Shown piece by piece: positions 58,676-64,000 of a stretch of 64,000 nucleotides of DNA. The stretch covers positions 8,445 through 72,444 of the forward strand of contig JAKZRU010000006.1 in assembly GCA_047517965.1 (NCBI GenBank), read 5' to 3'. The notes below the pieces were generated by a model, which did no database searches, had not been told where the DNA came from, and saw only the letters and a program-made list of their open reading frames with translations. The translations under genes were made by a program, and so were the position numbers. Source of the DNA: Gammaproteobacteria bacterium (GTDB taxonomy: Bacteria > Pseudomonadota > Gammaproteobacteria > Arenicellales > JAJDZL01). How positions within the stretch are numbered: the stretch's first letter is position 1; every line of letters starts with the position of its first letter.

Positions 58676-59966
58676 GATACGTCAACTTTCCACTTCTGAA
58701 AGTTCATTTGAGGATGAACTGAACGACATATTGTCCAGAGGCTCTGAATTCGACCCTGGAGTTGATCATACGGTTCGCAGAATCATAGATAGTGTCAGAA
58801 GCCGGGGTGATGAAGCACTGCTGGAATGTACGTGGGAGTATGATCGAAATTATGCGAAATCCGTGAGTGAACTGGAAATTCATTCTCAAGAACTAAAGAA
58901 TGCCGCCAACCGGATTCAACCAGAAGTGCTTGAAGCTATTCAATTTGCTGCCAACAGAATTCGTAAATTTCATGAACGGCAAATGGAAACTTCGTGGACC
59001 TACGAAGAGGACGACGGTTCTCAGTATGGTCAACAGTTGACTCCAATAGAAAAAGTCGGAGTTTATGTGCCAGGTGGGCGTGCGGCGTACCCGTCTTCAG
59101 TGCTGATGACTGCAGTGCCAGCAAAAATCGCAGGCGTCAGCCAGATTGTCATGACGGTTCCAGCGCCAGAAGGGGAAATCAGAGACTCTGTTCTGGCTGC
59201 CGCGCATGTAGCGGGGGTCGATCGTGTATTTGCCATTGGAGGAGCACAGGCCATAGCGGCACTTGCGTTTGGCACGGAAACAGTCCCCAGGGTGGACAAA
59301 ATCGTTGGTCCCGGCAACGCTTGGGTTTCTGCGGCAAAACGCCAAGTGTTCGGTCATGTGGGTATCGATCTCATCGCAGGTCCCTCCGAAGTCGTCGTGG
59401 TTTGTGATGACAGTGCTGATGCGAATTGGGCAGCCATGGATTTATTTGCTCAGGCCGAGCACGATCAAGATGCTCAGTCCATTCTGATTTGCACTAGTCG
59501 CGAGAAGATTGAAGAAGTGCGAAAAGCAATGCAGAAAGAGCTTCCTGGAATGGAAAGAAAGGATGTCATCGCTCGTGCATTGGCCAAACAAGGCGCTTTG
59601 ATACACGTCAGGAGTCAGGAAGAGCTGATTCAGCTGGTCAATCGGTTGGCTCCGGAACATCTTGAACTGATGGTGGAAAATCCGAGCGCTCTCGTGGGAA
59701 AGATTCGTAATGCAGGGGCAATCTTTGTCGGTCGTCACAGTGCGGAGGTGCTTGGCGACTACTGTGCCGGCCCCAATCATGTGCTGCCTACATCGGGTGC
59801 TGCGAGATTCAGTTCTCCACTTGGAGTTTACGACTACCTGAAACGAACCTCGTTGATCTCTTGCTCACCTGAAGGCTCAAGGCGCCTTGCTCGATCTGCG
59901 AGTATCCTGGCTCGTGAGGAGCAGCTCACGGCACATGCTCGCTCGGCTGAGTATCGGGAGCAGTGA
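58659..59966 (+). CDS. hisD: histidinol dehydrogenase
   Basis: 'VGVYVPGGRAAYPSSVLM', 'AQAEHD' and 'GDYCAGPNHVLPT' are present. The start is the ATG at 58659 or 58665, overlapping the hisG stop. The ORF track starts at a TTG at 58626. Confidence 0.95.
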   Translation: MPMELEIRQLSTSESSFEDELNDILSRGSEFDPGVDHTVRRIIDSVRSRGDEALLECTWEYDRNYAKSVSELEIHSQELKNAANRIQPEVLEAIQFAANRIRKFHERQMETSWTYEEDDGSQYGQQLTPIEKVGVYVPGGRAAYPSSVLMTAVPAKIAGVSQIVMTVPAPEGEIRDSVLAAAHVAGVDRVFAIGGAQAIAALAFGTETVPRVDKIVGPGNAWVSAAKRQVFGHVGIDLIAGPSEVVVVCDDSADANWAAMDLFAQAEHDQDAQSILICTSREKIEEVRKAMQKELPGMERKDVIARALAKQGALIHVRSQEELIQLVNRLAPEHLELMVENPSALVGKIRNAGAIFVGRHSAEVLGDYCAGPNHVLPTSGAARFSSPLGVYDYLKRTSLISCSPEGSRRLARSASILAREEQLTAHARSAEYREQ

Positions 59967-61051
59967 TGATGAATAGACCGTATAAAAAAGGCACTGAACT
60001 TGTACATCCCCAGATTCGAGAACTAAATGCATATCGAGTTCAGCCAAACGACTGCGAGATCAAGTTGGATGCAATGGAAAGCCCGTATGGACTCAGTGAA
60101 TCCTTGTTGGAGCTCTGGCATCAGCAACTTGAGCGTGTAGATGTAAATCGATATCCGGACGCCAGTGCAAAAGCGCTGAAAAAGGGGTTACGGGGTGTAT
60201 TTGAGATTCCTGACAACTTTGATGTAACGCTGGGGAATGGCTCGGACGAGCTCCTTCAGCTGATTCAACTTGCAGTCGGTGGTCACGGACGGTGCATTAT
60301 GGCGCCTCAGCCGTCTTTCGTCATGTACGAAATCATAGCCCGATATACGAGAGGAAATTTTATCGGTGTTGATCTGGATGAGCATTTCCAGCTGCCTGAG
60401 GATGAGTGGCTGTCGTCAGTAGAAAGCAGTCGACCAGATTGCGTATTTTTCTCTTATCCGAACAACCCAACCGGAAATTTGTTTCCACCGGATGTTATTG
60501 AGGAAACTGCGCGCCTGACGGATGGATTGGTTGTAGTCGATGAGGCATATCATGCGTATTCCAGCGAGAGCATGATGTCCGCAATGAATAATCACGAAAA
60601 TCTAGTGATCGTCAGAACTCTATCGAAAAGTGGACTGGCAGGATTGCGGGTCGGCTATCTTGTGAGTCACCCTTCGTGGGGGCATGAGTTCGAAAAACTG
60701 CGTCTTCCATACAATATTGGCAGTTTGCATCAGGAAACTGCAGTGTTTGCGTTGAATCACTGGGACGAAATTCAAATGAGCGAGCACATTATTACCGAAA
60801 GATCACGGGTTTCATCAGTTCTTAAAAAAGATGATCGAATAAAAGTATACCCGTCCGACACCAATTTTATTACGGTCAGAGTAAAGCAAGGGCGAGCTTC
60901 AGAACTATTTGAAGCACTTAAGAGCGACGGCATTTTGATTAAGATTCTGGACGGAGCACACCGGATTTTGTCAAACTGTCTGCGCATCACAATTGGCACG
61001 ATGGCAGAGAATGATTTGATGTGCAATTCCTTGATTCGGAATCTCAAATAG
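59963..61051 (+). CDS. hisC: histidinol-phosphate aminotransferase
   Basis: 362 aa with the PLP-lysine motif 'RTLSKSGLAGLRVGY' and 'YPNNPTGN'. It overlaps the hisD stop by 4 nt. Confidence 0.93.
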   Translation: MMMNRPYKKGTELVHPQIRELNAYRVQPNDCEIKLDAMESPYGLSESLLELWHQQLERVDVNRYPDASAKALKKGLRGVFEIPDNFDVTLGNGSDELLQLIQLAVGGHGRCIMAPQPSFVMYEIIARYTRGNFIGVDLDEHFQLPEDEWLSSVESSRPDCVFFSYPNNPTGNLFPPDVIEETARLTDGLVVVDEAYHAYSSESMMSAMNNHENLVIVRTLSKSGLAGLRVGYLVSHPSWGHEFEKLRLPYNIGSLHQETAVFALNHWDEIQMSEHIITERSRVSSVLKKDDRIKVYPSDTNFITVRVKQGRASELFEALKSDGILIKILDGAHRILSNCLRITIGTMAENDLMCNSLIRNLK

Positions 61052-61426
61052 ATGCCTTACCTCAATATCTCGACTAAGAAAGAATGGTTAAGACAGTTGT
61101 TACGAATCTTTCATTGAGCGTCGAGCAGAATTATTTGCGGAAACGCTGAAATATTTGTGCACTGGTGAACACTGTCCAAATTCAGCTCCCCTGAAATGGT
61201 TTTGTGAAACTCAGATCTTCTTATCCAAAGAAATTTTTCACTATGAAAAGAATAAGCAGATTGGCGAGAAGTGTTGCGGGGTAACAGGACGGCCATCACG
61301 ATGAACTTTTATTTCACACTACTCTGGTACAAACAAAGGCTAGATGCGTCGCCCGATTCTTTTATGAATTTCAATGTTTCATACATCAATTAGCAGTGAA
61401 TTCCATCAACACTGAAATTTCACATG

Positions 61427-61807
61427 TTATGGAACTGCATATACTTCGCCATCAATCGTAGTGTTAGTCTTCACGCCATCAATAAGCTTTTGTTCCATGA
61501 AACTCGTGTTGATTTTGGACAGGTCGAGAGGCTTGTAGATGCTGAATTCCAGTTGCGCAGCATAATTTCGTTCGTGGCTGGGTTGAGCCAGATCATAGCC
61601 GGCGCTGCTAGTTGCTTTAAAACTTTGCGATCATTTCTTCATTGTTTGAAAACGTCACCTCTACGGTAATGCCTGGGTAGCGCTCTTCGAAATTCGTGAC
61701 TGATTCATCCGGAGTATAGGAACCCCACGTTAAAAGACGTAGTGTTTCAGCACTACGCTCATCAACAAAGCCATGAGAATGCTGACAAGTGCAGCAGTGA
61801 GCCGCAT
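61427..61807 (-). pseudogene. 5' fragment of a PotD-like polyamine-type solute-binding protein gene (frameshifted and truncated)
   Basis: My minus-strand translation finds a GGAGG RBS and an ATG at 61807, giving the signal peptide MRLTAALVSILMALLMSVVLK. In shifted frames it then reads 'LTWGSYTPDESVTNFEERYPGITVEVTFSNNEEMIAKF' and 'SSAGYDLAQPSHERNYAAQLEFSIYKPLDLSKINTSF...IDGEVYAVP*'. Only about 125 of the expected roughly 340 codons remain. Confidence 0.6.
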
Positions 61808-62050
61808 TAACTTATCCTCCAATGGCGTGGTGCTATGAACTCAAGAGCTTGTTCTGAAAGGATGACGTATACAATCAATGCGTCTTTACCAGCTGGTCAG
61901 TTTAGCAAGAATAAATTCTGGCACAACTCTAATAGGCGGAAAAGGCAATTGTTTCGGGAATGAGAGTCAAATCATATTTCCTATAACATCATTGGTCGAC
62001 GTTGCCTGATCACATAGGGAACAAGAATTAATTTGAAGCTTTCAATTTAG

Positions 62051-63156
62051 ATGAAGATACAGTCCATTGAAACATTCACCAGTGAATTTGTCTGCTTCGT
62101 GCGCGTCACGGTCGATGAAGGACAGCAGGGATGGGGGTCAGGTAGCGCCGTATTTTGCCGACATTACCGCTCAAGTTGTGCACCGGCAAGTTGCACCGCA
62201 TACGCTTGGACGGGATGCGCTGGATGTTGACAGTCTCGTCGATCTTGTGGTGGAGCGCGAGCACAAGTTTCCAAGCTCTTACCTGCGTCGTGCAATTGGT
62301 GGTCTCGATACCGCACTCTGGGATCTGCGCGGCAAACTGGAAGGCAAGCCGGTTTGTGAATTGATCGGCGGAACACCGGGGCCGGTTCGTGCTTATGGCT
62401 CTTCGATAAAGCGCGACATTACCCCCCGAGACGAAGCCGCTAGACTGACACGCTTGAGAGATGAGTGTGGTTTTAATGCTTTCAAGTTTCGCATCGGTTC
62501 CGAGTGTGGACATGATGTAGACGAATGGCCGGGCAGAACAGAAGAAATTGTGAAAACCATGGACAAGGCGATGGACGATGACGTCTCGTTGCTGGTTGAT
62601 GCCAACTCCTGCTATTCACCTGACAAAGCAATCGAAGTTGGAAGAATTCTGCAGGATCATCGCATTTCACATTATGAGGAACCCTGTCCCTATTGGGAAT
62701 ACGAGCAAACCAAGCAGGTCACCGATGTCTTAGAAATTGATGTGACCGGCGGTGAGCAAGATTGTTCCTTGCCCAACTGGCGACAAATGATCAATGACCG
62801 TGTAGTTAATGTCATTCAGCCGGATGTCTGCTATCTGGGCGGCCTCAGCCGCACTTTACGGTGCCAGCATGGCTGAAGCAGCAGCATTGCCCTGTACGCC
62901 GCATTGTGCCAACTTGAGCCTGGTCACTTGTTTCACAATGCATTTGTTGCGAGCCATTCCAAACGCGGGCAAGTACCTGGAATTTTCGATTGAAGGTGCG
63001 GACTACTATCCATGGCAACAGAATCTGTTTCGCGAAGATCCATATCACATCTCAGACGGTTATGCTACTGTGACGGGTGCACCAGGCTGGGGAGTTGAGA
63101 TTAATTCGAGTTGGCTGGCCGATTCAACCTATCAAATTAGCGCGCTCGAAAACTAA
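62051..63156 (+). pseudogene. mandelate racemase/muconate-lactonizing (enolase superfamily) gene with two frameshifts
   Basis: The ATG at 62051 gives '[29 protein letters not shown]'. The frame changes near 62137 to the ORF at 62067..62876 ('VAPYFADI...[11 protein letters not shown]...HYEEPC...GGEQD...'), then again near 62860 to the ORF at 62809..63156 ('...[18 protein letters not shown]...'). The three pieces together are collinear with a full-length family member. Confidence 0.7.
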
Positions 63157-63305
63157 CTGAGTTAGACAACGTTTCTAAGCTCGTTCCATGCAGATTCGCG
63201 GACTGTTTCCGTTTGAATCCGTAATTACCTATAATTCAAACACAATTTGGAACATTTCCTGAAGTTGCCGATTGTGCAAATTCAATTTCAACCCTGCAGA
63301 CCGCC

Positions 63306-63905
63306 GTGAATCAGACCAACCGAATCGCCGAAGTTCATAGAAATACGAAAGAAACTGATATTTCCGTTTCTTTGAATCTGGATGGGAGTGGCTTGTCCAC
63401 TCTGGATGTTGGCGTGCCTTTCTTTGAGCACATGCTGGATCAGATTGCGCGTCATGGAATGTTGGATTTGAAAATAAAAGCTGTCGGCGACCTGCAGATT
63501 GACGCACATCACACCGTCGAAGATGTCGGAATCACACTTGGGCAGGCAGTGAGCGAATCGATCGGCAACAAATCCGGCATCGTTCGTTATGGACACGCTT
63601 ATGTACCACTTGACGAGGCGCTGTCAAGAGTTGTGATTGATTTTTCCGGGCGTCCGTCGCTTGAGTATGATGTCAACTATACAAGGGCGCGAGTTGGCAA
63701 CTTTGATATAGATCTTGTTCGTGAGTTTTTTCAGGCCTTTTGCAATCACGCGAAAGTTACATTGCACATCACCAATTTGAGCGGCAGAAACACGCATCAC
63801 ATCGCTGAATCGATATTCAAGGCTTTTGGGCGGGCGTTTCGCATGGCTGCTTCCTTCGATGTGAAATCCGAAGGATCCATTCCTTCAACAAAAGGAAGCC
63901 TGTAA
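63306..63905 (+). CDS. hisB: imidazoleglycerol-phosphate dehydratase
   Basis: 199 aa. '[18 protein letters not shown]', '[14 protein letters not shown]' and '[18 protein letters not shown]' are the canonical IGPD motifs. GTG start. Confidence 0.95.
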   Translation: MNQTNRIAEVHRNTKETDISVSLNLDGSGLSTLDVGVPFFEHMLDQIARHGMLDLKIKAVGDLQIDAHHTVEDVGITLGQAVSESIGNKSGIVRYGHAYVPLDEALSRVVIDFSGRPSLEYDVNYTRARVGNFDIDLVREFFQAFCNHAKVTLHITNLSGRNTHHIAESIFKAFGRAFRMAASFDVKSEGSIPSTKGSL

Positions 63906-63946
63906 ACCTTTATCTTCAGCGGCAAACGCTGTTGAAATTCTCTGAT

Positions 63947-64000
63947 ATGTCTAAAATCTCGATTGCCGATTTTGGCACCGGAAATCTTCACTCTGTAATT
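63947..64000 (+). CDS. hisH: imidazole glycerol phosphate synthase glutaminase subunit HisH (5' end only, runs off the window)
   Basis: The ATG at 63947 gives MSKISIADFGTGNLHSVI, matching the HisH N-terminal 'IxIIDYGxGNLxSV' pattern. It follows hisB. Confidence 0.75.
   Translation, partial: MSKISIADFGTGNLHSVI

Overview
64-kb chromosomal segment of a moderately AT-rich gammaproteobacterium, with Pseudomonas-like gene order, covering the replication-origin neighbourhood. gyrB-dnaN-dnaA lie on the minus strand and diverge from rpmH-rnpA-yidD-yidC-mnmE ... mnmG-rsmG-parA-parB on the plus strand. The left arm carries argS, priA, coaX, gcvT-gcvH-gcvP, malonyl-CoA decarboxylase, mlaA and apaH/apaG. 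The right arm carries a BamC-like lipoprotein, tesA, a BCCT transporter, a YbbA/YbbP-type ABC pair, mlaD-mlaB-ibaG-grxD-murA and hisG-hisD-hisC ... hisB-hisH. I saw no rRNA, tRNA or CRISPR array. Main observations: (1) A two-gene module sits between mnmE and mnmG: a MotA/ExbB-like channel protein plus a 1030-aa protein with a MotB/ExbD-like Asp-bearing anchor helix and about 870 aa of coiled coil containing 231-bp tandem repeats. I cannot match this architecture to a described system. (2) The convergent gcvP/mcd junction is duplicated as a mosaic that brackets an arginase-family gene and a transposase-like remnant. (3) There are many gene remnants: ectoine catabolism, a GcvT-fold dehydrogenase, an isochorismatase-like gene, a PotD-like gene and an enolase-superfamily gene. 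(4) The Mla cluster is reduced to mlaD-mlaB directly behind an FtsX-type ABC transporter. (5) A periplasmic binding-protein gene is apparently co-transcribed with a BCCT transporter. (6) There are two competing oriC candidates and a parS-like site inside mnmG. All functional calls come from motif and pattern recognition by eye on the supplied translations. No database search or computation was run, and identities are rough visual estimates.
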